Part shown: positions 26,633 to 35,050 of the stretch, in pieces
Numbering within the stretch: position 1 is the stretch's first letter
Layout: every line of letters begins with the position of its first letter
NCBI GenBank assembly: GCA_964513365.1
Contig: CAZEMH010000003.1
Span: forward strand, 1 to 39,167
Direction: 5' to 3'
DNA length: 39,167 nt
Source of the DNA: an uncultured Candidatus Saccharibacteria bacterium
GTDB lineage: Bacteria > Patescibacteriota > Minisyncoccia > UBA6257
Notes under the pieces: model-generated
Told to the model about the DNA's origin: nothing
Databases searched by the model: none
The model's input: the letters and a program-made list of their open reading frames with translations, nothing else
Translations under genes and position numbers: made by a program

Positions 26633-28726
26633 TTATTCTGCCAAAGCTTCTGCTTCTTCTAATTTTAATGAAAGAAGTTGAGAGCTATCATCTTTAGATA
26701 AAGTTACTCCATAGATAATTTGAACAGCATTCATCGTCATTCTGTTATGGGTAATGATAATAAACTGAGTATTCTTTGTAAGCGCTTTTAAAATTTCAGA
26801 AAAACGCCGACTATTTTCTTCATCTAATGCAGCATCTATTTCATCCACTACTATCAATGGAGAATGCGATTGATGAACTAAAGCAAAAAGAAGAGAAACA
26901 GCAATCAAAGTTTTTTCCCCGCCAGAAAGCATATCAATGCTCTTTAAACGAGTTTTTGGAATATTAATTTTAATATCTACCCCCCAAACAATATTGTCAT
27001 TAACTTCTTGTTTTATCTGAACTAATTTAGCTGAGCCGCCTTTGAATATGAGTTGAAAATAATTATTAAATTCTTTATTTATCCCATCAATTGCTTTGCC
27101 AAATCTTTCCTCAATTTGATCATTCAATTCTTTTATTAAAATATTTAGATCTCCTACGCCTTTTTTTAAATCTTCTGTCTGTTGGGTGAAAAAATCATAG
27201 CGGCTAGAAACATCCTTATATTCACTTATTATATTTTCATCTTCTGAACCCATTTCCGCCAATTCTTTTCTTATCCGCCAAATCTTATTTTCCAAAACAG
27301 AAAGTTCCTCTGGTAAAATTAATTGCGCATCTTTTTCATTTTGATAAAATGTTTCAATTTCTTGAAATTGAAATCCTGTTTCTTGTAAACGTCTTTTAAA
27401 ATCTTCTAAGCGTAAACGGAATTTTTCATTAAGAATTTCTTCTCTTTGCAACTCCCTGTATAATTTTTCTTTTTCTTCTCTTTTAAACTCTATTTCTTGA
27501 AATCTATTTTTAAAAACCAAACTTCTTTGATTTAATTGCTCCTGTAAATTATTTAATTCCTTGTTTTTTTGTTTTAATTCTTCTTCAATTTTTTCTAGCT
27601 TTTTTTGGATTTCTTTAATATCTTCTCCTTTTTCTTCTCTTTTAGAATTAAACAAAGCGCTTATATCCTGTACTATCTTCTTTATTTCTTCTTTAATCTT
27701 GTCTAAATTAGAAAAGTTTAATAAAGACTGTAATTTTTCTTTAACAGAAAAAACCTCTTTTTTAAAAACTTCACTAGTAATATTGAACTCACTGCTGACT
27801 TCTTTCCTTCCCAAAACTCTTAATTGAGTAGATTTTTGATTTTGAAGATTGATAATTTGCTGAGTAGTATCTCCAATTTGGATTTCCAAGCTTTTATCAA
27901 CTTTATCGCTTGATAAACCCATTTCTTTTTCTTTGTCTTTAATTTCATTCTCTAAATTTTCAATACTTTTTTTGATTTTATTAACATCAATATGGGAATG
28001 CGTATCTTCTTGCAATATCTGATGATAAATATTAACAAAATATTTCTTTTCTATTTCAGATAATTCTTGTTTAATTTTCTCTCTTTTTTCCCAACGATTA
28101 ACTTGTCTTTTTAAAGAACGCAGATGAGGAAGTATTTCTTGCTGAAGGGCCTGAGCCTTATCTAAATTAATTAAAGTATTTTGTAATTTTCTTTTAGCAT
28201 TTTCTTTTTTAATCTCTAAGTTTTTTAATCCCAAACTTTCCTCCAGCATCATCCTTCTTTCCTGCGCAGAAACTTTTAGAATATCCCCAACAGATCCTTG
28301 GTTAATGATTGAAAGTCCTTTTAGCCCTAATTTAGCTGCAGCTGATATTTCAACAATATCTTTTAGGCGACAAGGCTGGCGATTTAAAAAATAGCTATTA
28401 TTATCTTCCTTATCAATCCTTCTTAAAATACTTAATTCTGAAACTTCCACGGGAAATATCTTTTTACTATTGTCAAATACTAATTCTACTTCAGCAAATC
28501 CAGCAGAAGAATCTTTGTTTTTCCCAGAAAAGATCAAATCCCTGCCTTTTTCTGCGCGTAAATTTTTAAAACTTTGTTCTCCAAAAGCCCAACGAATAGC
28601 ATCAACAATATTAGATTTTCCAGAACCATTTGGCCCGACTATAGCAGTAAAAAGACAAGGGAAATCTAAAACTGTTTTTCCTGAAAAAGATTTAAAGTTT
28701 TTTAATATGATGCGCTTTAAAAACAT
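26633..28726 (-). CDS. smc: SMC-family chromosome partition ATPase, unusually short (about 697 aa) with no recognisable hinge
   Basis: The N-terminal head reads MFLKRIILKNFKSFSGKTVLDF...GPNGSGKSNIVDAIRWAFGEQS. The C-terminal head has the signature LSGGEKTLIAVSLLFAL and Walker B LIVVDEIDAALDEEN. It lies directly after rnc, as in the B. subtilis rnc-smc order. The track ORF starts at 28768, but I prefer ATG 28726, 1 nt after the rnc stop. Confidence 0.8.
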   Translation of the reverse strand: MFLKRIILKNFKSFSGKTVLDFPCLFTAIVGPNGSGKSNIVDAIRWAFGEQSFKNLRAEKGRDLIFSGKNKDSSAGFAEVELVFDNSKKIFPVEVSELSILRRIDKEDNNSYFLNRQPCRLKDIVEISAAAKLGLKGLSIINQGSVGDILKVSAQERRMMLEESLGLKNLEIKKENAKRKLQNTLINLDKAQALQQEILPHLRSLKRQVNRWEKREKIKQELSEIEKKYFVNIYHQILQEDTHSHIDVNKIKKSIENLENEIKDKEKEMGLSSDKVDKSLEIQIGDTTQQIINLQNQKSTQLRVLGRKEVSSEFNITSEVFKKEVFSVKEKLQSLLNFSNLDKIKEEIKKIVQDISALFNSKREEKGEDIKEIQKKLEKIEEELKQKNKELNNLQEQLNQRSLVFKNRFQEIEFKREEKEKLYRELQREEILNEKFRLRLEDFKRRLQETGFQFQEIETFYQNEKDAQLILPEELSVLENKIWRIRKELAEMGSEDENIISEYKDVSSRYDFFTQQTEDLKKGVGDLNILIKELNDQIEERFGKAIDGINKEFNNYFQLIFKGGSAKLVQIKQEVNDNIVWGVDIKINIPKTRLKSIDMLSGGEKTLIAVSLLFALVHQSHSPLIVVDEIDAALDEENSRRFSEILKALTKNTQFIIITHNRMTMNAVQIIYGVTLSKDDSSQLLSLKLEEAEALAE

Positions 28727-28727
28727 A

Positions 28728-29429
28728 TTATTTCCATCCTTTCTTAGAAAGAGCTTTCTTCGCGGCATTCACTTCTGCTGTTTGCTTAGAATTACCTTCT
28801 CCTTCAGCGACAAGTTCTTTTTTTAAATACACGCCGACTCTAAACTGTTTCAGATGATCTGGTCCCCAGCTTTTTAAAGTTTTATAAACCGGAGTAATGC
28901 TTAAATTCTCCTGACTCTTTTCCTGAAACAAACTTTTTGGATCTTTATAACTCTCTGTTTTAAATATCTTTTCGGCTTTTGACAAAACATATTTTGCTAC
29001 AAACTTCCTAGCCTCATCAAGCCCCTTGTCCAAATAAATAGCCCCCACAATTGCTTCTACAGCATTGGCTAAAAAATAAGGATGGCTTTCTTCCAATTCA
29101 TTTTTTTCTCCTTTGGAAACTAAAAGATATCTTTTTAAATTTAATTTATCTGCTACTTCTGATAAAGAGTCACTGTTTATCAATGCTGCCCTTAAAGCTG
29201 TTAAATCTCCTTCTCTGAGTTTTGAATATTCCTTAAATAAATATTCAGCAACAATTAAACCCAATATTGAGTCTCCTAAAAATTCTAATCTTTCATTGTG
29301 TCCAATTTCCCCCCATTCTTTATTCTCATTCAAAAAAGACCGATGAGTTAACGCCCGTTTTAATAAATCTAAATTATTAAATTCTAACCCTAGAATTTTC
29401 TCAATTCTATTAAAATCAACTTGCATCAT
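28728..29429 (-). CDS. rnc: Ribonuclease III
   Basis: It has the signature [13 protein letters not shown], then [10 protein letters not shown], and a C-terminal dsRBD (KDPKSLFQE...[15 protein letters not shown]). The likely start is [14 protein letters not shown] (ATG 29427-29429). The longer track ORF would overlap nusB by 190 nt. Confidence 0.9.
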   Translation of the reverse strand: MMQVDFNRIEKILGLEFNNLDLLKRALTHRSFLNENKEWGEIGHNERLEFLGDSILGLIVAEYLFKEYSKLREGDLTALRAALINSDSLSEVADKLNLKRYLLVSKGEKNELEESHPYFLANAVEAIVGAIYLDKGLDEARKFVAKYVLSKAEKIFKTESYKDPKSLFQEKSQENLSITPVYKTLKSWGPDHLKQFRVGVYLKKELVAEGEGNSKQTAEVNAAKKALSKKGWK

Positions 29430-29868
29430 TCTTTTCTTTTTTATGAATAACTCCTTCCATCTCACGATAAACCGTTCCCAATACTCCGTTAACAAACCGA
29501 CGAGAAGAATCACCGCCAAAAGTTTTAGCCAATTCCACACATTCGTTAATAGCAACTTTCGGAGGAACTTCTTTAGAATCACTGAACAACAATTCAAATA
29601 TCCCAATTCTTAAAATATTTCTATCAATAATATTAATTTGACCTAGCGGCCACTCAGGAGCACCAGAAACAATTAATTTATCTAATTGATCCAATTGATT
29701 CAATATGCCGTCTAAGAGCTGTTCTGGGTATTCTTTATCAGATAATCCATCTCCTAATAATCTCAAATTCCTTTGGAATATTTCCCTTGCATCTTTTTTT
29801 TGTTTTAAGAAATCCCACTCATAAAGTGTTTGTAAAACAATAGAACGAGAGAGATGTCGGGACCCCAT
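29416..29868 (-). CDS. nusB: Transcription antitermination factor NusB
   Basis: The 150-aa protein shows [14 protein letters not shown]...[12 protein letters not shown]...[17 protein letters not shown], the typical NusB pattern. Confidence 0.9.
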   Translation of the reverse strand: MGSRHLSRSIVLQTLYEWDFLKQKKDAREIFQRNLRLLGDGLSDKEYPEQLLDGILNQLDQLDKLIVSGAPEWPLGQINIIDRNILRIGIFELLFSDSKEVPPKVAINECVELAKTFGGDSSRRFVNGVLGTVYREMEGVIHKKEKNDAS

Positions 29869-29892
29869 ATGAAAAAGTTAAAAGTTTAAAAA

Positions 29893-30126
29893 TTAATCTT
29901 CTTTTTCTATTTCTTTTTGTTTTAATTTCTTCTCTTTTTTAGAAAGCCCTTTTAACACATCAATAACCTCATTACCTTTGTAATAACCGCAATGAGGACA
30001 AACGCGATGAGGCATAATCATTTCTTTACAATGAGAACATTTAATAAAATTAAACGGCTTAAGAGCCATGTGAGATCTGCGTTTATTCGTTCTGGAACGA
30101 GTATGATGACGAGCAGGAACACCCAT
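29893..30126 (-). CDS. rpmF: 50S ribosomal protein L32 (with a Lys/Glu-rich C-terminal tail)
   Basis: The sequence reads MGVPARHHTRSRTNKRRSHMALK...CSHCKEMIMPHRVCPHCGYYKG. Confidence 0.9.
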   Translation of the reverse strand: MGVPARHHTRSRTNKRRSHMALKPFNFIKCSHCKEMIMPHRVCPHCGYYKGNEVIDVLKGLSKKEKKLKQKEIEKED

Positions 30127-30212
30127 GATTATAAATTATTAACTGTTTAATACAACAATAACGGTATAAGAGTAGAAAAATAATAGCACAAAGAACCATT
30201 CATAGCAAGAAT

Positions 30213-33110
30213 TTATTTTTTAAAACTAATATTTATCTTCTTATCATCTAAAATTAATTCTCCTTTGAAATCAAAATCTTCTATCTTATCCCAAATAATT
30301 TCTTTTATTCGCAATGGTTCCTTCATCTGTTTTTCATTCCTTTTCAATAATTTCATAATTGAATCTTCGCCTTGAAAACATATCGTTATTGCATCAGAAG
30401 GAGATAATCCCGATCTTTGGCGAATAACCTGAATTTGCCTAAAACAATCTCTCATTATACCTTCTTCTTTTAATTCCATTGTAATCTTAGTGTCAATCTG
30501 TATTTCTTTTTCTAATTTATCGTCAAAAATAATTTGTTTAATATTTACTTCCTCTTTTAAAATATTAAGTAATTCTTCTTTGCCTTTTAATTTACAATCC
30601 CGAATTTTTAATTCATTTAACGGCTGCCTCACTTTTATTCCTGCTTGCGATCTTTCTGCTAAAGCCATTGAAGCAATTTTTCGGATTTCTTCCATTTCTT
30701 GCTCTAATGTTTTGTCAATTAAGTGTTCTTTAACATCAGGATAATCGCAAAGATGCACTGATTCTAAATCTTCTTCGTTTTTTAAATTTTGATAAATCTG
30801 TTCACTAAAAAATGGCATGAACGGAGCTAATATTTTGCTTAAATTAAATAAAATATATTTCAAAACCAGAGAAGCTTCTTTTTTCTTTTCATTAGATTTA
30901 AACCTTTCACGAGATCTTCTTAAATACCAAGTTGAAAGATCGCTAATAAATTTTTCTATAGGTCTTGTTGCTTTTAATAAATCATATTCATTCATTCCTT
31001 TATTAATTTCTTTATTTAAAGAATTTAATCTAGATAAGATCCATTTATCTAAAATATTATCAACAGAATCAACGTCTAACTTCCCATTTCCTTCTTCTGT
31101 ATATAATTTATAAAACGTATAAACATTCCAAAGAATCATTAAAACTTTCTTTAATGTTTCATTAACTCCGTTTTCAGAAAAACGCAAATCATCTGCTTTA
31201 ATGGCTGGACTGGTTAAAAGATAAAAACGCATTGCATCAGCGCCATATTTATCAATTATATTCATTGGTTCAGGATAGTTCTTCAAACGTTTGCTCATTT
31301 TTTGACCATCTTCAGCTAAAATTATTCCATTAACAATATTATTAAGAAATGCCGGCTTATCAAATAGAGCAGTGGACAAAACCATTAGAGTATAAAACCA
31401 TCCCCTTGTTTGATCTATCCCTTCAGCAACAAATTGAGCTGGAAAATTCTTTTCAAATGATTCTTTGTTTTCAAAAGGATAATGAACCTGAGCATATGGC
31501 ATTGAGCCAGATTCAAACCAACAATCTAGAACATACGAAACTCTTTTCATTAATCCACCACATTTTTCACACTTAAAAGTGATTTTATCAATACTCGGTT
31601 TATGAATATCCTCTATTTTTTTACCACTTACTTTCTCCAATTCTTGAACTGAACCAAAAACTTTAATATTATCACAGCAATTAACTTGACTGTTTTCGCA
31701 ACTGTTACATTGCCAAATTGGTAAAGGAGTTCCCCAATAACGAGATCTGGAAATTGACCAATCTTTTGCATCTTCCAACCATTTACCAAAACGTCCATGC
31801 TTGATATGTCCAGGAACCCAATTTATTTGTTCATTGTTTTTTATAATCTTATCTTTTATAGCTGTAACTTTTACAAACCATGAAGATGTAGAATAATTTA
31901 AAAGAGGTGTATCACATCTCCAACAAAAAGGATAACTATGCGTAACTTTTTCTTGAAATAATAGTTTGTTCTTCTGTTTAAGCCATTCAGCGATTTTTCT
32001 GTCAGTTTTAGAAATATCAGCTTTTGGTTTTACTTCTTCTCCTGCCCATTCTGTAACTTCATCAACAAAACAACCAGTTTCGTCAACATGCTGAACAAAA
32101 GGGAGATTTTTTAAGCATCCAAGTTTTAAATCATCTTCACCAAAAGCTGGAGCAATGTGCACAATACCAGTTCCCTCTTCTGTAGAAACAAAATCAGCAT
32201 CATATATCTTCCAACCATTTTCTTTGTTTTTTAAATCATCTTTTTTTGAAAAATAATCAAATAAAGGCTCATATCCTAATCCAATTAAATCTTTGCCTTT
32301 GATTTCTTCGATAATTTTGTATTCATCTTTAATAATCTCTAATCTATCTTTGGCTAAAATGAAAAACTTTTTATCAAGTTGTATTTTTACATAATCAATG
32401 TTTTTTCCTACTGCTAAAGCCACATTACCAGGTAAAGTCCATGGAGTAGTTGTCCAAGCTAAGACAAAAGTATTTTCTCTGCTTTTTAATTTAAATTTAA
32501 TTGTAACACTTAAGTCTTCAACATCTTTATACCCCTGAGTAACTTCAAAATTAGAAAGGGTTGTTCCACAGCGGGGGCAAATATGCATACTCTTGTAATC
32601 CTTATAAATCAATCCCTTTTCCCATAACTGCTTAAACACCCACCAAATAGATTCCATATAATCAAAATCCATGGTTTTATAGGGATGATCCATGTCAACC
32701 CAGCGGCCGATCCGAGGAATTACTTTTTTCCATTCATCAACATAGCGTAAAACACTATCTTTACAAGCTTGATTAAATTTTTCTACACCAATAGATTCAA
32801 TATCCTTTTTATCTCTCAAATTTAATTCTTGTTCGATTAGATTTTCAATTGGCAAGCCATGACAATCCCAACCCCAACGCCGTTCTACGCGAAAACCTTT
32901 CATTGTCCAATACCGGGGAACAACATCTTTTACTAAAGAAGCAAGAATATGGCCATAATGAGGCAAGCCCGTTGCAAAAGGAGGGCCATCGTAAAAAACA
33001 TAAGATTTCTCTTTTGGTCTCTGTTTTATTGATTTCTCAAAAATCTTATTCTTCTCCCAAAATTCCAAAACCTCTTTTTCTTTTTGAATAAATTCTAAAA
33101 CTTTTTCCAT
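30213..33110 (-). CDS. ileS: Isoleucine--tRNA ligase, type 2 (eukaryote-like)
   Basis: It carries GPPFATGLPHYGHIL (HIGH region of the eukaryote-like type), GWDCHGLP, KMSKRL and internal Cys clusters. It lacks a C-terminal Cys-rich zinc domain. Confidence 0.95.
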   Translation of the reverse strand: MEKVLEFIQKEKEVLEFWEKNKIFEKSIKQRPKEKSYVFYDGPPFATGLPHYGHILASLVKDVVPRYWTMKGFRVERRWGWDCHGLPIENLIEQELNLRDKKDIESIGVEKFNQACKDSVLRYVDEWKKVIPRIGRWVDMDHPYKTMDFDYMESIWWVFKQLWEKGLIYKDYKSMHICPRCGTTLSNFEVTQGYKDVEDLSVTIKFKLKSRENTFVLAWTTTPWTLPGNVALAVGKNIDYVKIQLDKKFFILAKDRLEIIKDEYKIIEEIKGKDLIGLGYEPLFDYFSKKDDLKNKENGWKIYDADFVSTEEGTGIVHIAPAFGEDDLKLGCLKNLPFVQHVDETGCFVDEVTEWAGEEVKPKADISKTDRKIAEWLKQKNKLLFQEKVTHSYPFCWRCDTPLLNYSTSSWFVKVTAIKDKIIKNNEQINWVPGHIKHGRFGKWLEDAKDWSISRSRYWGTPLPIWQCNSCENSQVNCCDNIKVFGSVQELEKVSGKKIEDIHKPSIDKITFKCEKCGGLMKRVSYVLDCWFESGSMPYAQVHYPFENKESFEKNFPAQFVAEGIDQTRGWFYTLMVLSTALFDKPAFLNNIVNGIILAEDGQKMSKRLKNYPEPMNIIDKYGADAMRFYLLTSPAIKADDLRFSENGVNETLKKVLMILWNVYTFYKLYTEEGNGKLDVDSVDNILDKWILSRLNSLNKEINKGMNEYDLLKATRPIEKFISDLSTWYLRRSRERFKSNEKKKEASLVLKYILFNLSKILAPFMPFFSEQIYQNLKNEEDLESVHLCDYPDVKEHLIDKTLEQEMEEIRKIASMALAERSQAGIKVRQPLNELKIRDCKLKGKEELLNILKEEVNIKQIIFDDKLEKEIQIDTKITMELKEEGIMRDCFRQIQVIRQRSGLSPSDAITICFQGEDSIMKLLKRNEKQMKEPLRIKEIIWDKIEDFDFKGELILDDKKINISFKK

Positions 33111-33118
33111 ATATCTTT

Positions 33119-33147
33119 ACTTTATCGCAAAATAGACAAAAAATCAA
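33119..33147 (-). promoter_or_regulatory. Candidate promoter for ileS (near-leaderless)
   Basis: On the minus strand: -35 TTGATT (33142-33147), a 17-nt spacer, then -10 TAAAGT (33119-33124). Only 8 nt separate the -10 from ATG 33110. Confidence 0.3.
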
Positions 33148-33155
33148 AATTTATA

Positions 33156-33164
33156 TGATATAAT
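33156..33164 (+). promoter_or_regulatory. Candidate extended -10 promoter element for smpB-ssrA (leaderless geometry)
   Basis: TGATATAAT lies at 33156-33164. Six nt (taaaac) separate the hexamer from ATG 33171, so the expected +1 falls on the A of the ATG. No SD is present. Confidence 0.3.
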
Positions 33165-33170
33165 TAAAAC

Positions 33171-33620
33171 ATGAAAATCTTGGCTACAAACAAAAAAGCG
33201 TATTTTAATTACGAAATTCTTGAAAAAATAGAAGCGGGAATTGTACTGACTGGAATGGAGACAAAATCCGTAAAAACAGGAAAAGCTAATTTAGCTGGCA
33301 GTTTTGGTATTATTAGAAATAATAAGGTTTTTTTGCTTAACTGCTCTATTTCAGCCTTCCAACCTAAAAATATGAGCCTTGATTATAACCCTGATAAAAC
33401 TAGAAAACTCCTACTAAATAAAAAAGAAATTGAATATCTAAGAGGCAAAATTAAACAGAGAAACTTGACTTTAATACCATTAAGAATGTATAATAAACAC
33501 GGATTAATTAAGATTGAATTAGGACTAGCAAAAGGAAAAAAGAAATTTGATAAGAGAGAAACAATAAAAAAAAGAGATGTTAAGAGAAATATAGACAGGG
33601 CTAAGAGAGGAGAAATTTAA
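33171..33620 (+). CDS. smpB: SsrA-binding protein SmpB
   Basis: Motifs seen are NKKAYFNYEILEKIEAGIVLTGMETKS, NPDKTRKLLLNKKEI and GLAKGKKKFDKRE. Length is 149 aa. Confidence 0.95.
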   Translation: MKILATNKKAYFNYEILEKIEAGIVLTGMETKSVKTGKANLAGSFGIIRNNKVFLLNCSISAFQPKNMSLDYNPDKTRKLLLNKKEIEYLRGKIKQRNLTLIPLRMYNKHGLIKIELGLAKGKKKFDKRETIKKRDVKRNIDRAKRGEI

Positions 33621-33624
33621 TAAT

Positions 33625-34004
33625 GGGGATGACGGGATTCGATAAAAAGAGAGTTTTTAAATAAGCGAGCTGAGGATGTCTTGTACCCTCAATAAAAATC
33701 AAGGCGGCATAAATATAAATGCCAATCAAACTCCTGCTTATGCCTATGCTTAATCGTTTAGGCTAAGCTATTCCCTTTTAAGGGAAATTCTTTAGGATGA
33801 TTCTCGGTAGTTCTAAAGGATACAAACATCGAGATAGATTGATTCTTGGCTTTTCCGACTAATATCAATCAAATCATTTTCGGAAAATTTTAAGAAAAGT
33901 TTGTTCATTCTTTCTTTTCTTAAAAGCATACAAAGAATGAACTATGCTTGTAGAATTATTTAAGAAACTCTTTTTAGACGTGGGTTCAACTCCCACCTTC
34001 TCCA
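33625..34004 (+). ncRNA. ssrA: Transfer-messenger RNA (tmRNA, one-piece)
   Basis: The 5' end is GGGGAUGACGGGAUUCGAU. The 3' end is GACGUGGGUUCAACUCCCACCUUCUCCA, with a T-arm and an acceptor stem that includes the G3:U pair. CCA is not encoded. An internal tag frame reads GCC AAT CAA ACT CCT GCT TAT GCC TAT GCT TAA (33721-33753) and is preceded by an A/U-rich tract after a pseudoknot-like GAGG...CCUC segment. Confidence 0.9.
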
Positions 34005-34031
34005 CTTCTTAATTTTTACTAATTAAAAAAC

Positions 34032-34505
34032 TTGATATTAAAAGAAGTTCGCCTTATTGACGAAAAAGGAAAACAAATTGGAGTTTTTTCTTATGATGAA
34101 GCCTCTAAAATGGCCCAAGAACGTGGCCTAGATTTAGTTGAAATCACAAGAAAAACTACACCTCCAATATATAAATTTGGGGATTCTGGTAAATTAAGAT
34201 ATAAAAAAGAAAAAGAATTCAGAAAAAAAAGATTAAAAAACAAGCAAAGTTCCCCAAAGTCAATTCGTATTGGTTTTAATGAAGGAGAGCATGATTTAGG
34301 CACAAAGATTAAAAAAGTGGAAAAATTTTTACAAGAAGGAAAAACAGTAACTATAGAAATGAAATTAAAAGGAAGAGAAAAAGCTCACTTTGATTTAGCC
34401 AAAAAAAAGATAGACGAATTTCTAACAAAAATTGAAATGGAACATAAAATTATCCAGCCATTAAAAAAAGTTCCCCGTGGATTAATAACAGTCTTAAAAA
34501 AATGA
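34032..34505 (+). CDS. infC: Translation initiation factor IF-3 (non-AUG start)
   Basis: The sequence (M)ILKEVRLIDEKGKQIGVFSYDEASKMAQERGLDLVEI...PPIYKFGDSGKLRYKKEK is the typical IF3 N-domain and linker. An in-frame TAA lies at 34020-34022. The first in-frame ATG is only at codon 27, so the start must be TTG 34032 or ATA 34035. Confidence 0.9.
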   Translation: MILKEVRLIDEKGKQIGVFSYDEASKMAQERGLDLVEITRKTTPPIYKFGDSGKLRYKKEKEFRKKRLKNKQSSPKSIRIGFNEGEHDLGTKIKKVEKFLQEGKTVTIEMKLKGREKAHFDLAKKKIDEFLTKIEMEHKIIQPLKKVPRGLITVLKK

Positions 34506-34678
34506 GAGTAAATTTATTTAAAAAAAGATTGAGAATAACAAAGAGCGGTAAAATTGTAAGACGTTCTTGCAGCCTTGGCCATACAAAAGCTAAAGATTCT
34601 TCCAAAGTGAAAAGACGAAGGAAGAAGCCAATTTCTGTAGGAAGCCACGTTAAATCTATTATCAAACATTCGCATTAA
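34502..34678 (+). CDS. rpmI: 50S ribosomal protein L35
   Basis: It is missing from the ORF track because it is only 58 aa. My translation is MRVNLFKKRLRITKSGKIVRRSCSLGHTKAKDSSKVKRRRKKPISVGSHVKSIIKHSH. The ATG overlaps the infC TGA (ATGA). The infC-rpmI-rplT order is the canonical one. Confidence 0.85.
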   Translation: MRVNLFKKRLRITKSGKIVRRSCSLGHTKAKDSSKVKRRRKKPISVGSHVKSIIKHSH

Positions 34679-34705
34679 TTTTATTAATTAACATACATTA
34701 ATATC

Positions 34706-35050
34706 ATGACAAGAGTAAAAAGAGGCACTATTGCTAATAAAAGAAGAAAAAATTTATTACAACATACTAAAGGATTTAGATATGGCAGAAAAACAAAATA
34801 TCGTTTAGCTAAAGAAGCGCTTCTTCACGCGTGGACACATGCATTTAAAGACAGACGAATAAAAAAAAGAGAGGCGCGCAGATTATGGCAGGTAAAAATT
34901 AATGCTGCCGTACGAAAATACGAATTGAGTTATAGTAAGTTTATAAAAGCATTAAAAGATAAAAAAATCAGCCTAGATAGAAAAATTTTAGCTGAATTAG
35001 CAGAAAAACAACCTACGGTTTTTAAAAAAATAGTTGAAAGGGTTAAATAG
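34706..35050 (+). CDS. rplT: 50S ribosomal protein L20
   Basis: The sequence reads MTRVKRGTIANKRRKNLLQHTKGFRYGRKTKYRLAKEALLHAWTHAFKDRRIKKR...INAAVR. Confidence 0.95.
   Translation: MTRVKRGTIANKRRKNLLQHTKGFRYGRKTKYRLAKEALLHAWTHAFKDRRIKKREARRLWQVKINAAVRKYELSYSKFIKALKDKKISLDRKILAELAEKQPTVFKKIVERVK

Noticed and set aside
28727-28768. Upstream start for smc ([14 protein letters not shown]...)
   Set aside because: It would overlap rnc by 41 nt. SMC proteins normally begin M-x-L-K-x-[IL]-x-[IL]-x-G-F-K-S, which matches ATG 28726, and an AAAGGATGG SD-like sequence lies just upstream. It is retained only as an alternative.
28470-28826. 118-aa plus-strand ORF spanning the smc/rnc junction
   Set aside because: It is antisense to the Walker A region of smc and the dsRBD of rnc, so it is a shadow ORF.
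29430-29606. N-terminal extension of the rnc ORF ([13 protein letters not shown]...)
   Set aside because: It would overlap nusB by about 190 nt and add a non-conserved hydrophobic segment. ATG 29427-29429 gives the canonical RNase III N-terminus and length.
34450-34665. 71-aa minus-strand ORF (also 34091-34303)
   Set aside because: It is antisense to infC and rpmI. The plus strand encodes a clear L35 that the track omitted because of its length.
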